From Pseudomonadales bacterium (GTDB lineage: Bacteria; Pseudomonadota; Gammaproteobacteria; Pseudomonadales; JAUIET01), in assembly GCA_037969395.1 (NCBI GenBank), contig JBBKXJ010000257.1, positions 10,405-74,404 of the forward strand: DNA of 64,000 nt. The letters are read 5' to 3'. Shown here in pieces: positions 9,676 to 19,045 of this stretch; the first letter of the stretch is position 1; the number at the start of each line of letters is the position of its first letter. Made by a program: the position numbers and the translations under genes. The notes below the pieces were generated by a model. That model was not told the origin of the DNA. It saw only the letters and a program-made list of their open reading frames with translations, and did not search any database.

Positions 9676-10418
9676 AAGTCATTGCCGCGTACAACATTAA
9701 AGGTGGGGTCGGTAAAACGGCTACTGCCGTTAACCTTGCCTATCAGGCCGCGCGCGAAGGCGCCGCGACTTTAGTATGGGATCTTGACCCACAGGGCGCG
9801 GCCAGTTATTACTTTCGCATCAAGCCTAAAATCAAAGGTGGCGGCAAACGGCTGGTACGCGGCCAGCGCGACCTGGATGATTTCATCCTCGGTACTGACT
9901 TCGAATGCCTCGACCTGCTGCCGGCAGATTTTTCCTATCGCAATATGGATATCTTCCTTGAGCACAGTGAAAAACCGGCGCGTCAACTGCGCAGACTATT
10001 GCGACCATTTGAAGATGAGTACGACTACGTGTTTCTCGACTGCCCGCCGAGTATCTCGCTAACCTCAGAGAACGTGTTCGTCGCCGCCGATGCGTTGTTG
10101 CTGCCGACTATACCGACCACCTTGTCGCTGCGCACTTTTAAGCAGGTGGATAAGTTCTTCAAACAGGAACAGCTTGATACCATCAAGTTACTGCCTTTTT
10201 TCAATATGGTTGATCGGCGCAAACAGCTGCACCGCTCGATTATCGACGCGCCGCCAGACCAGTTGACTGGCCTGCTGCAAACACACATTCCCTACAGCAG
10301 TGAGGTAGAGCGCATGGGCGTACATAGAGCGCCCGTGGGTGAGTTTGCGCCTCGCAGTCGACCTGAGTTGTGTTACCAGGCGCTGTGGCAAGAGGTCAAG
10401 AAAAAAGTGGCCAAATAG
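9672..10418 (+). CDS. ParA/Soj-type P-loop ATPase (orphan, no ParB partner)
   Basis: 248 aa. Deviant Walker A NIKGGVGKTATAVNLA, then WDLDPQG. The GTG start overlaps the CHAD stop (GTGA, 4-bp overlap). No HTH extension and no parB nearby. Confidence 0.88.
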   Translation: MKVIAAYNIKGGVGKTATAVNLAYQAAREGAATLVWDLDPQGAASYYFRIKPKIKGGGKRLVRGQRDLDDFILGTDFECLDLLPADFSYRNMDIFLEHSEKPARQLRRLLRPFEDEYDYVFLDCPPSISLTSENVFVAADALLLPTIPTTLSLRTFKQVDKFFKQEQLDTIKLLPFFNMVDRRKQLHRSIIDAPPDQLTGLLQTHIPYSSEVERMGVHRAPVGEFAPRSRPELCYQALWQEVKKKVAK

Positions 10419-10466
10419 ATCAGCACTAAGTTTTTACAATCTAACATTAAACTGGTATTTTGCGGA

Positions 10467-11120
10467 ATGCGTGCAATTATAACCAGACACTATAAAACCA
10501 TTCAAAACGCCGCCGACGAAATCATGGGTTGGGGCGACGCACCGCGTCACCGCGGCTGGCGCGGCGACGTTGACTTCGTTGAATCACGCTTTCAGCGACG
10601 CGGCTGGATATTCGACGCCGTGTATTCAAGCGATCTGGAACGGGCGCGACAAACGGCGCTGTTTTACGCCCAGCGCCGTGATATAGGCGTTGTTCACAGC
10701 TCTGTCGCGCTCAACGAGGTTAATTACGGCAAGCTGTACAAAAAGAAAAAGAAGTGGGTCGCCGAAAACTACCCAAAGCATAAAAAAGACCCTGACCTGG
10801 TCTATCCGGAAGGCGAAAGTTTTCGCCAGATGCAAACACGCAGCGTGCAATTTATTACTGACATGACCAGGATTCACCCGCATGATACTGTGTTAATTGT
10901 CGTGCACGCCGGTGTGATACGCGGCCTCGTCAGCCATTTTTTAAAGCTTGATTATGCCGACCATTTGCAACACAAAATATCGCATCGCTACATTGGCAAG
11001 TTTATATTCGATGGTAGCGACTGCATCCGCTACAACGAAAAGGGCGAGCGCTCCGGCTTTGTGACCGACCGGATAATCAAGTTACCTGTTGATATACCGA
11101 CCTCAAGCACTGGCAAGTAG
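10467..11120 (+). CDS. histidine phosphatase (phosphoglycerate mutase-like) family protein
   Basis: 217 aa. N-terminal RH motif (IITRHYKT) and distal VVHAGVIRGL histidine motif. Unusual lysine run YKKKKKWVAENYPKHKKD. Confidence 0.7.
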   Translation: MRAIITRHYKTIQNAADEIMGWGDAPRHRGWRGDVDFVESRFQRRGWIFDAVYSSDLERARQTALFYAQRRDIGVVHSSVALNEVNYGKLYKKKKKWVAENYPKHKKDPDLVYPEGESFRQMQTRSVQFITDMTRIHPHDTVLIVVHAGVIRGLVSHFLKLDYADHLQHKISHRYIGKFIFDGSDCIRYNEKGERSGFVTDRIIKLPVDIPTSSTGK

Positions 11121-11123
11121 AAG

Positions 11124-12689
11124 TTACTTCTTCGCCAGCGCCGCTTCCAGCCCCTCACAAAGCGTCTTCAGTACTTTTATTCTGGCGTACGGTTTATCGT
11201 TGCCTTCAACCAGTATCCACGGCGCCTGGCGCGTGCTGGTGTGTTCGATAATATCGTTGACCGCCAGTTCGTACTGATCCCAACTTTCCCGGTTGCGCCA
11301 GTCTTCGTCGGTAATTTTCCAACGCTTGTGCGGTATTTTCTCGCGCGCTTGAAAGCGCGTCAGCTGTTCGTCCTTGCTAACATGAAGCCAGTATTTAACC
11401 AACAGCAGGCCGTGATCAGTAAGCTGCTGTTCGAAGTCGTTAATTTCCGCATAAGCCCGACGCCACTCCCGCTCAGAGGCAAAGCCTTCGATTCGCTCAA
11501 CAAGAACGCGCCCGTACCAACTGCGATCAAAGATATGAAACCTGCCGTCTTTTGACAGTTGGCGCCAAAATCGCCAGAGGTAATGCTGCGCCAGCTCTTC
11601 GTCGCTAGGCGCAGCAAACGGGGTGACTCGGAACTGACGTGCGTCAAGTGCCGCTGTAATACGCCGTATAGCGCCACCCTTACCCGCCGCATCGGGCCCC
11701 TCGAACACGATGACAGCCCCCTTTTTCTGTGCCAGCGCGGCACGCGACAGCAGATTGAGCTTTGCCTGGTACTCTTGCAGCTGCTTTTTATAATCTTTTT
11801 TCGGTAGCTTGAGCGTCATATCCAACGCCGATAGCACTGTGGTTCCCAGCGTCGCGGTCTCGATTATGGCCGCATCGCTGCTGTCGTCTGCATCGCTGTC
11901 TGCTGCCGGTGACTGAGCCGAATTCGTAAGTCGTGCGCTGGACTGTAATTCGACCGCGACTTTTTGCTTTTCGCGCACTGTTTCGATATGTCTGCGTATC
12001 GCGTCACGAATGGTCGTGCCAACAGTCAAACTGCGATAGTACGGGTCCACCCCCTCGACGGTAACCCAGGGCGCAGAACCCTTGCCGGTACGCATAATAA
12101 TTCGCTCCGCAGCTTCTTCGAAGCGATCATAGTTTTCGGAGTTTTTCCAATCCTGTTTAGTGACGCGCCAGCTCGTTAACGGATTTTTTGCGAGCTTTGT
12201 GAGGCGACGTTTTTGCGCCTCGCTGCTCATATGCATCCAGAATTTCAGAATGAGCGTGCCATCGTCGGCCAGCAGTTTTTCGAAGCTAATAATGCGGTCG
12301 AGCGCCTTGTCAAAACCGGGCTCGTCGATCTTTCTGTACGCCCGCTCCAGCAGCGGCTGTGAATACCAGGCACTTAAAAACAGGCCAATTTGCCCGCGCG
12401 GCGGCAGGTCACGCCAAAAGCGCCAATACTGCGGCAACGCCTGTTCCTCTTTGGTGGGCGTTGTATAGGCCTGGGTGAATAGCCAGCGGGGGTCCATCCA
12501 CTCGTTCAGTACGTTAACGGTTTCGCCTTTGCCGCCGCCATCCACGCCACCAAATAAAATGACGACCGAGAACTTACCAAGCTCGCGCAATTGGCGCTGT
12601 ACCTCCAACAACTCCTGACGCAGTAATGGCTCGTGTTGTTTGTAAGCAGATTTCGAAACAGATTGACCCAGCTCTGCGGTTTTGAACAT
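11124..12689 (-). CDS. two-domain polyphosphate kinase 2 (class II PPK2, polyphosphate:AMP phosphotransferase-like)
   Basis: Two tandem PPK2 modules with P-loop-like motifs GGVDGGGKGE and GPDAAGKGG, joined by an acidic/Ser-rich linker. The start is taken at MFKTAELG (12689, GAGGA RBS) rather than the longest ORF (12758). Confidence 0.88.
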   Translation of the reverse strand: MFKTAELGQSVSKSAYKQHEPLLRQELLEVQRQLRELGKFSVVILFGGVDGGGKGETVNVLNEWMDPRWLFTQAYTTPTKEEQALPQYWRFWRDLPPRGQIGLFLSAWYSQPLLERAYRKIDEPGFDKALDRIISFEKLLADDGTLILKFWMHMSSEAQKRRLTKLAKNPLTSWRVTKQDWKNSENYDRFEEAAERIIMRTGKGSAPWVTVEGVDPYYRSLTVGTTIRDAIRRHIETVREKQKVAVELQSSARLTNSAQSPAADSDADDSSDAAIIETATLGTTVLSALDMTLKLPKKDYKKQLQEYQAKLNLLSRAALAQKKGAVIVFEGPDAAGKGGAIRRITAALDARQFRVTPFAAPSDEELAQHYLWRFWRQLSKDGRFHIFDRSWYGRVLVERIEGFASEREWRRAYAEINDFEQQLTDHGLLLVKYWLHVSKDEQLTRFQAREKIPHKRWKITDEDWRNRESWDQYELAVNDIIEHTSTRQAPWILVEGNDKPYARIKVLKTLCEGLEAALAKK

Positions 12690-12965
12690 AGTTTGCTGTC
12701 CTCGCAAATGGCACGCTATGGACTTAACAGTCACACTGGAGTTAAGGCATTCACTCAAGCGCGTTTGCCTGCTTCCCGGTACGAAAATTTGAAACTTGAT
12801 TGTTTCCAGAAAGTCTCACGGTCTCCAACAAATGTATACTATACGTTGGTCCAGATTGTAGCAGCGCAGCAAACTGGGAGACGATCATCAGACCACGGCA
12901 ACTGCACCTGCTATTCTATTTACGGGCAAGAGGTTAAAGCGAACTATCCGCGAACAGAGGGATGC

Positions 12966-14183
12966 ATGGCAAAAATACTGGTTGAAGACAGGGATGAGCA
13001 AACCAAAGTACCTTTTTTACGCGGCATTCTGACCCGCTCGCTGCAGGATGCAGGCCTGTCTTTCGAGGCTGCTTTCGATCTCGCAACCGAAGTTCGCAAC
13101 GATCTTGGCAATAAATCGCAGATCACCACGGACGACTTGCACAGCCTGATCGTTAAGCGGCTCAGGTCGGACAAAAAGAACGATATTGTCGTCCGCTATC
13201 AACAATCGAATTTGCCACGCACGGTTCAGGTGGAACAGCGCGACGGCCAGATGCGGCCTTTTTCAAGATTGCAATATCAAAACGACCTGGAGACTATTGG
13301 CCTCGAAAGCACCGAGGCAATACGCTTTGTCGACACCTTGCACAAGCACCTGACTAATCGAAACATCGAGCAGCTGACATCTACGCGGCTGGCGATGTTG
13401 ACCTACCGTTATCTTCGACAGTCACGCGACCTGGGGCCGGCAGTAGCCAAGCGTTGGCTGGTTTGGCGTGATTTCGTCAACAGTGGTCGCGCTTTGATTT
13501 TCCTCATCGGCGGTACCGCCGGCTGCGGTAAAAGCTCGATCGCCACCACCCTGGCCAGCCGCCTTGATATAGTGCGCACTCAGTCAACTGACATGCTACG
13601 TGAAGTGATGCGTACCATGCTGCCAGAGCAACTGCTGCCAATATTGCACAAGTCATCTTTCACCGCCTGGCAGGCCTTACCGGGCGCGCTGCAAAGCAAA
13701 CGCGTGGTGCCGGAGTCTTTGCTTATCAGCGGCTATCGTGGCCAGGCTGACCTGCTTACCCTGGCACTTGAAGCGGTGATAGCACGCACCCTGCGGGAGA
13801 ATGTATCACTGGTCGTTGAAGGTGTGCATATTCAACCCTCTATGGTGGAGCAACTACGGTCGGATGAAGACGCAACGGTGATACCCATAATGCTGGCCGT
13901 GTTAAAACGCAAAGCGTTGCAACAGCGATTGCAGGGCCGCGGCGCGCAGGTGCGGCGCCGCCGTGCCGCGCGTTATCTGCAATCGTTCGATGAAATCTGG
14001 CGGCTACAGTCGTATCTTTTGTCTGAAGCTGATCGCGCTAATATTCCCATTGTCTCTAACGACGACAGAGACAAAGTATTTCGTGAGATTATGCGCCTCA
14101 CCATTAATACCCTGGCGGAAAGTTTCGATAGCACGGCAGAGGTCGTGTTTAATTCGGATGCAACTGAACCAACAAAGCAATAG
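12966..14183 (+). CDS. ATP-cone plus P-loop kinase, 2-phosphoglycerate kinase-like (COG2074-type architecture)
   Basis: Start at MAKILVEDRD (GAGGGA RBS). The longer ORF from 12633 would overlap the divergent PPK2 start. N-terminal ATP-cone-like segment (VPFLRGILTRSLQDAGLSFEAAFDLATEVRNDL). Walker A is GGTAGCGKSS. Confidence 0.65.
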   Translation: MAKILVEDRDEQTKVPFLRGILTRSLQDAGLSFEAAFDLATEVRNDLGNKSQITTDDLHSLIVKRLRSDKKNDIVVRYQQSNLPRTVQVEQRDGQMRPFSRLQYQNDLETIGLESTEAIRFVDTLHKHLTNRNIEQLTSTRLAMLTYRYLRQSRDLGPAVAKRWLVWRDFVNSGRALIFLIGGTAGCGKSSIATTLASRLDIVRTQSTDMLREVMRTMLPEQLLPILHKSSFTAWQALPGALQSKRVVPESLLISGYRGQADLLTLALEAVIARTLRENVSLVVEGVHIQPSMVEQLRSDEDATVIPIMLAVLKRKALQQRLQGRGAQVRRRRAARYLQSFDEIWRLQSYLLSEADRANIPIVSNDDRDKVFREIMRLTINTLAESFDSTAEVVFNSDATEPTKQ

Positions 14184-14208
14184 CCAGTCACACTGAGCAA
14201 GCGATGCT

Positions 14209-15213
14209 ATGAATACTCAAATCAAACCGCAACTAATCGACAGGTTTAAGCGCCGCGTGAGCTACGTGCGGCTTTCGGTGACTGATCGCTGTGATTTTCG
14301 CTGCGTGTACTGCATGGCCGAAGACATGCAGTTTCTACCGCGCAAACAAATATTATCGTTAGAAGAAATCGCGCGCCTGGCACAAGCGTTTGTGGGCCTT
14401 GGTGTTAGCAAAATTCGCCTCACCGGTGGCGAGCCGCTGGTGCGCAGGAATATTCTGTCGCTGGTTGAAAACATCGCCGCGCTCGACGGCCTGCGCGAGC
14501 TTGCCCTGACCACCAACGGCTCGCAGTTACCCAAACTGGCGCCGCAGCTAAAGCAAGCCGGTCTGTCCCGCATCAATATCAGCCTCGACAGCTTGCAGCC
14601 TGACCGCTTTCGCAAAATCACGCGTACCGGCGATTTGGCAAACGTACTGCGAGGCATCGACGCCGCGCAGGCCGCTGGTTTCAAGCACACCAAAATTAAC
14701 AGCGTCATACTCAACGGCCGCAACGAAGACGAGGTTCTGGATTTGCTCGAATTTTGTCGCAAGCGACAGCTGGATATTTCGTTTATTGAAGAAATGCCGT
14801 TGGGGCTGATCGACGATCATGATCGCGCCCTCACCTACTGCTCCAGCGACGCTGTACGGGCAAGCATAGCGCAACGTTATGAATTAACTCCCAGCGATGA
14901 CAGCACCGCCGGCCCCTCGAAATATTACACAATGCCGGGCAGCGACATTAGGGTCGGCTTTATCTCACCGCACAGCCACAACTTCTGCGCCGACTGCAAT
15001 CGTGTGCGCGTCACTGTTGAAGGCCGCTTGCTACTATGTCTGGGTAACGAGCATTCGGTAGACCTGAAAAGTATTTTACGTGCAGAAGAATGCGACCAAA
15101 AATTGCTTCAGCAAGCGATTATAGACGCCATGCAGCTAAAGCCTGAAAAACATCATTTTAACCTGCACGACGCGCCGCAGATTCTGCGGTTTATGAGTAT
15201 GACCGGGGGTTGA
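14209..15213 (+). CDS. moaA: GTP 3',8-cyclase (molybdenum cofactor biosynthesis protein A)
   Basis: Radical-SAM motif CDFRCVYC near the N-terminus. Second cluster motif [10 protein letters not shown] near the C-terminus. 334 aa. Confidence 0.93.
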   Translation: MNTQIKPQLIDRFKRRVSYVRLSVTDRCDFRCVYCMAEDMQFLPRKQILSLEEIARLAQAFVGLGVSKIRLTGGEPLVRRNILSLVENIAALDGLRELALTTNGSQLPKLAPQLKQAGLSRINISLDSLQPDRFRKITRTGDLANVLRGIDAAQAAGFKHTKINSVILNGRNEDEVLDLLEFCRKRQLDISFIEEMPLGLIDDHDRALTYCSSDAVRASIAQRYELTPSDDSTAGPSKYYTMPGSDIRVGFISPHSHNFCADCNRVRVTVEGRLLLCLGNEHSVDLKSILRAEECDQKLLQQAIIDAMQLKPEKHHFNLHDAPQILRFMSMTGG

Positions 15214-15245
15214 GCACACTCGCGCCGCGTAATGTCAGTGTCTGC

Positions 15246-16157
15246 TCAAGCCAGCAGACTCGCCAGCGCCGGCTGCAAGTCCGGATACTTGAACGTATAA
15301 CCGCTGTCGACCAACTTTTTCGGCACCACCCGCTGCCCGGTTAGTAACAGCTCCTCAGCCATCTCGCCCACCAGCGTACGCATCACAAAAGCTGGCAGCT
15401 TGAGCTTAATCAAAGTGCGCTTGTTGGTCCGCATCGCCGCGCAAAATTGCGCATTAGTTACCGGTTCTGGAGCGGTAGTGTTAATCGCGCCTGCAATGTC
15501 TGCATGCTGTAATACATACAGGATAACCCCAATAACGTCGTCACGATGCACCCACGACATCCACTGTTTGCCGTCTCCAAACTGGCTGGCAACACCGAAG
15601 TCGAAAGAGCGGCGCAATTCGCTGAAGGCGCCGCCGTCCGGGCCAAACACAACACCGAAGCGCAGCCTGCAGACGCGTGTACCGAATGTTTCAAACTGCT
15701 GCGCTGCGGCCTCCCATTGCTGGCAAAGCTGGTGCGAAAAACAGTCCACCGTTGCTGCCGACTCGTCCAGTTTAGTGTCGCCTTGCGGGCCGTAAAAACC
15801 AATGGCGGATGCGTTGATTAATACATCGGGCTTGTGCTGCAAGCGCTGCACACAGGTAAACAGATCGCGGGTGGTATGCAGCCGGCTGTTGATCAGATTT
15901 TGCTTCTGCTGCTCCGTCCAGCGGCTTTCGGCCAGCGACTCGCCGGCGAGATTTATGATGGCGTGCAGGTGTTCGTCGTCGCTGATTTCATCGAGGCTAT
16001 TGATATAGCGAATGCTGTCAGACTTTTTTTGCGTGAGCGCTTGCTGGCGAGTTAACACCAGCACGCGTTGCCCTTGCTTGCTCAATGCATGCACCAGGGG
16101 CGTGCCGATAAAGCCAGTGCCGCCGGTGATTAAAATCTGCATGTCGTTGGAAGACAT
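15246..16157 (-). CDS. TIGR01777 family NAD-dependent epimerase-like oxidoreductase (YfcH-like)
   Basis: 303 aa. Rossmann motif ILITGGTGFIG and a DUF1731-like C-terminus. GAGGG RBS. The start lies 9 nt after the M48 stop, so it is probably co-transcribed. Confidence 0.8.
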   Translation of the reverse strand: MSSNDMQILITGGTGFIGTPLVHALSKQGQRVLVLTRQQALTQKKSDSIRYINSLDEISDDEHLHAIINLAGESLAESRWTEQQKQNLINSRLHTTRDLFTCVQRLQHKPDVLINASAIGFYGPQGDTKLDESAATVDCFSHQLCQQWEAAAQQFETFGTRVCRLRFGVVFGPDGGAFSELRRSFDFGVASQFGDGKQWMSWVHRDDVIGVILYVLQHADIAGAINTTAPEPVTNAQFCAAMRTNKRTLIKLKLPAFVMRTLVGEMAEELLLTGQRVVPKKLVDSGYTFKYPDLQPALASLLA

Positions 16158-16166
16158 AAAATCCCT

Positions 16167-18113
16167 CTAAAAAATTTTCTGCCCCACCAGTCTTGGCGGT
16201 AGCGGTACATCGAGGCTGTCGGCTACGGCACGAACCAGCTCGACTTCCTGGGGGAGAATCCTGTTATCAGCCATCACACATTGCGCGCAGGCTTTAATCA
16301 GCCGCGGTTTTTGCAGTGGCGCCAGGCTGTTGAGTTTAGCTAACGCCTCGTCAACCGCGCTCAGCGCTGCCTTATCCCTGGCCGGCAGGTTGACGCCGTC
16401 AAAGCCCAGCTCGGCCATGCCTGTGACGAAAGCCTGCTCAGCCTGCACCGCCGACTCTGCACCGGCATAGGCAAGTGCTGTCAACAGCACTGCGCAGTGT
16501 TTTTCCAGTTTCTCAATTTTGTCGTAACGTACTTTCGGCGGCCTGACGCGGCTAAAAACCGGGTCGAGATGACGCACCAGCAGGCGGTGCAAACACCATT
16601 CGAATAAATCGATGTGCTCGTCGGCGCGCATAAGCGCCAGCACCAGCAGTCGAAACGCGCGGTACTGGTCGTGGAACAGCGTCTTCAGTACCGGCATGCA
16701 CAGGTCGATAAGTGGCAACCGATATTCAACGCCTAACTGTTCGATGTCTGGCAGCACGCGCATCAAAGCGGCAACCGTGGGCGCAGTTTCGGCTTGTTCG
16801 ATTTTATCCAGTTGTTGCTCTCGGGTGGCCGGGTCGGTCGCAAACAACAGCGCGTAAATCACTGCTTTGGCGCCGTCGAGTTCGCGCGTCGCTGCAATAA
16901 CACGATCGGTGATGGAGTTAATCAGGTTACGCGAGTGGTCGATATGTGGTTCATCGAGAATGCCGATTGAATCGATCAGGCTCGCACTTTCCCCTTCTAC
17001 CTCGGTGGCAGCGGCAAATCCAGCGGCCTGGTCGCCGACGTCAAAGGAGCTGGCGGTAGACTCGTGAGCGGTGGCGGCACTCAACACCGGATAGTTGCCA
17101 TCCCAACCTGGATCAAGCCGTTTAATGCGTTTGCGTAGCGGTGGATGAGTGGCCAAAAAAGTATTAAACGCGACGCGCACCGCCTGGCCAAAAAACATAT
17201 GGCTGACTTCGGCTGCGTGTGGATGCTGTATTTTTGACCCATGATTTGCTGCGCCAATTTTTTTTAATGCACCGGCGATGCCGCCCGGGTTACGCGTGTA
17301 CTGCACCGCGGAAGCATCCGCCAGAAACTCGCGCTGCCGGCTCACGGAAGCCTTGATAAGATTGCCAAAAAAAGTGCCTGCATAGCCGATAATCATCAAG
17401 CCTACGCCCAGCACCAGAAACGGCAGCGCCCCCTGGTTGTTACTGTTAGACGAGCGCCGCACACTGGAATGCGCGAATGTTCGCATAATGAAGTAACCCG
17501 CCATACCAATCACCATAATGCCGAACAGCGCGCCCATTAAACGGATATTGATGCGCATATCGCCATGCAAAATATGGCTAAATTCGTGGCCAATCACACC
17601 CTGCAACTCTTCACGATTGAGCAGTTGCACTGTGCCGCGGGTCAGGCCGAGCACGGCGTCCTGCGGCTGAAAGCCGGCCGCGAAGGCGTTTACCGAGTCT
17701 TCGTCCATGATATAGACCGGCGGCACGGGCAGGCCGGCTGCGATGGCCATTTCCTCTACCACGTTGAGCACCCGCCGCTCATTCAGTTCACTGGTGTTGC
17801 TGTTTATCAGTCTGCCACCCAGAGACTCGGCCACTACTGCGCCACCACCAGCCAGCGCAGCAACCTTGAACAAACTGGCAGCGCCGATTATTAACACAAC
17901 GCCGAGGCTGATGAATGCCAGTGTTTCCCAGCCAACGCTGCTTAGTGCGGCACGCCAATCGGCGGTGGCAACACTGCCCTGCGTGGTCAATACGGCAAAC
18001 ACTACCACCAATATATTGGTCAGTACTACAAGGCTGAAAACGGCAAGGGAGAAGAGGATGACCAGTTGAGTGGTTTTGCGTCGGGCGCGATCTTGTGATT
18101 CGAAAAAATTCAC
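16167..18113 (-). CDS. M48 family zinc metallopeptidase (HtpX-like) with long C-terminal helical domain
   Basis: 648 aa. N-terminal TM helices and HEFSHILHGD (HExxH). The roughly 300-aa C-terminal extension may be TerB-like (KACAQCVMADNRILPQEVELVRAVADSL). Confidence 0.85.
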   Translation of the reverse strand: MNFFESQDRARRKTTQLVILFSLAVFSLVVLTNILVVVFAVLTTQGSVATADWRAALSSVGWETLAFISLGVVLIIGAASLFKVAALAGGGAVVAESLGGRLINSNTSELNERRVLNVVEEMAIAAGLPVPPVYIMDEDSVNAFAAGFQPQDAVLGLTRGTVQLLNREELQGVIGHEFSHILHGDMRINIRLMGALFGIMVIGMAGYFIMRTFAHSSVRRSSNSNNQGALPFLVLGVGLMIIGYAGTFFGNLIKASVSRQREFLADASAVQYTRNPGGIAGALKKIGAANHGSKIQHPHAAEVSHMFFGQAVRVAFNTFLATHPPLRKRIKRLDPGWDGNYPVLSAATAHESTASSFDVGDQAAGFAAATEVEGESASLIDSIGILDEPHIDHSRNLINSITDRVIAATRELDGAKAVIYALLFATDPATREQQLDKIEQAETAPTVAALMRVLPDIEQLGVEYRLPLIDLCMPVLKTLFHDQYRAFRLLVLALMRADEHIDLFEWCLHRLLVRHLDPVFSRVRPPKVRYDKIEKLEKHCAVLLTALAYAGAESAVQAEQAFVTGMAELGFDGVNLPARDKAALSAVDEALAKLNSLAPLQKPRLIKACAQCVMADNRILPQEVELVRAVADSLDVPLPPRLVGQKIF

Positions 18114-18176
18114 CGCATAGGCTCCCTTATCAGGATGCCAAACCGAGCTTTATGCTTGCTACTACTGGTAAGCTTG

Positions 18177-18773
18177 CTAAAAGCTGACTTTAGGCGCTTC
18201 CTGGATGGCTTCAATATCGTCGTACTCCAACAAAGTGGCGTCTTCGGGATGACCAAACATGGCGGCAAACACGTTCGGTGGGAAGGTTTGTCGATAGGTG
18301 TTATACGCCATAACTGAATCGTTATACGCCTGGCGGGAGAATGCGACTTTATTCTCGGTGGCGGTAAGCTCCTCGCTGAGCTGCATCATGTTTTGATTGG
18401 CTTTCAGATCAGGATACGCCTCCATCACCACGTTCAAGCGGCCCATGGCACTGCCCAACGCGGCTTCTGCTGCGCCAAGCTGTTGCATGGCCTGCGGGCT
18501 GCCGGGGTCGGCTGCCGCCGCCTGCAGGCCTGCCATGGCCTGGTTACGGGCGTTGGTCACAGCCTCCAGCGTTTCGCGCTCATGCGACAAGTAACCTTTG
18601 GCAGTTTCAATCAGGTTTGGAATTAAATCATAGCGCCGCTTCAACTGTACTTCGATTTGTGAGAAGGCGTTTTTGAAACGGTTTTTTAGCGTGACCAGTC
18701 GGTTATAAATTGTGACGACGTAAAACGCCAAACCGACGATGACGACTAGTAGAATAATTGTGGCTGTTCCCAT
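18177..18773 (-). CDS. LemA family protein
   Basis: 198 aa. N-terminal TM helix then YNRLVTLKNRFKNAFSQIEVQLKRRYDLIPNL, typical LemA. Directly upstream of the M48 peptidase, a common pairing. Confidence 0.9.
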   Translation of the reverse strand: MGTATIILLVVIVGLAFYVVTIYNRLVTLKNRFKNAFSQIEVQLKRRYDLIPNLIETAKGYLSHERETLEAVTNARNQAMAGLQAAAADPGSPQAMQQLGAAEAALGSAMGRLNVVMEAYPDLKANQNMMQLSEELTATENKVAFSRQAYNDSVMAYNTYRQTFPPNVFAAMFGHPEDATLLEYDDIEAIQEAPKVSF

Positions 18774-19045
18774 GATCCATCACTCTGTGGCGTTCGCATT
18801 ATTGGCTCGCACGGTAGCATAATTGCAGCAAAAATCGTAAGCGTTATGCGCGACTTTTGGGGCAAGTTACCAGAACACGCGCGCAACGCTGCGTTTGGCT
18901 ATGCCGAGTGACTTACATCCGGCGCCGATAAGGTCAGTCGTTAGTCAGACAATTTACGCAGCGTGTCGGCTAACATGAGCTGCAGCGTAACTGGGCATTT
19001 TCTGTTAGCATTTCCGTTCGATTATTTATTGTTGAGAGTAAAGCC

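Noticed and set aside
9672-10418. ParA as part of a chromosome or plasmid partition locus.
   Set aside because: There is no parB, no parS-like palindrome that I could see, and no gidAB or replication genes. It is instead translationally coupled to a CHAD gene, so I treat it as a cargo-positioning candidate (see findings).
12633-12965. 111-codon N-terminal extension of the ATP-cone kinase ORF.
   Set aside because: It would overlap the divergent PPK2 start region and has no protein-like features. A good RBS precedes the internal ATG at 12966, where the ATP-cone homology begins.
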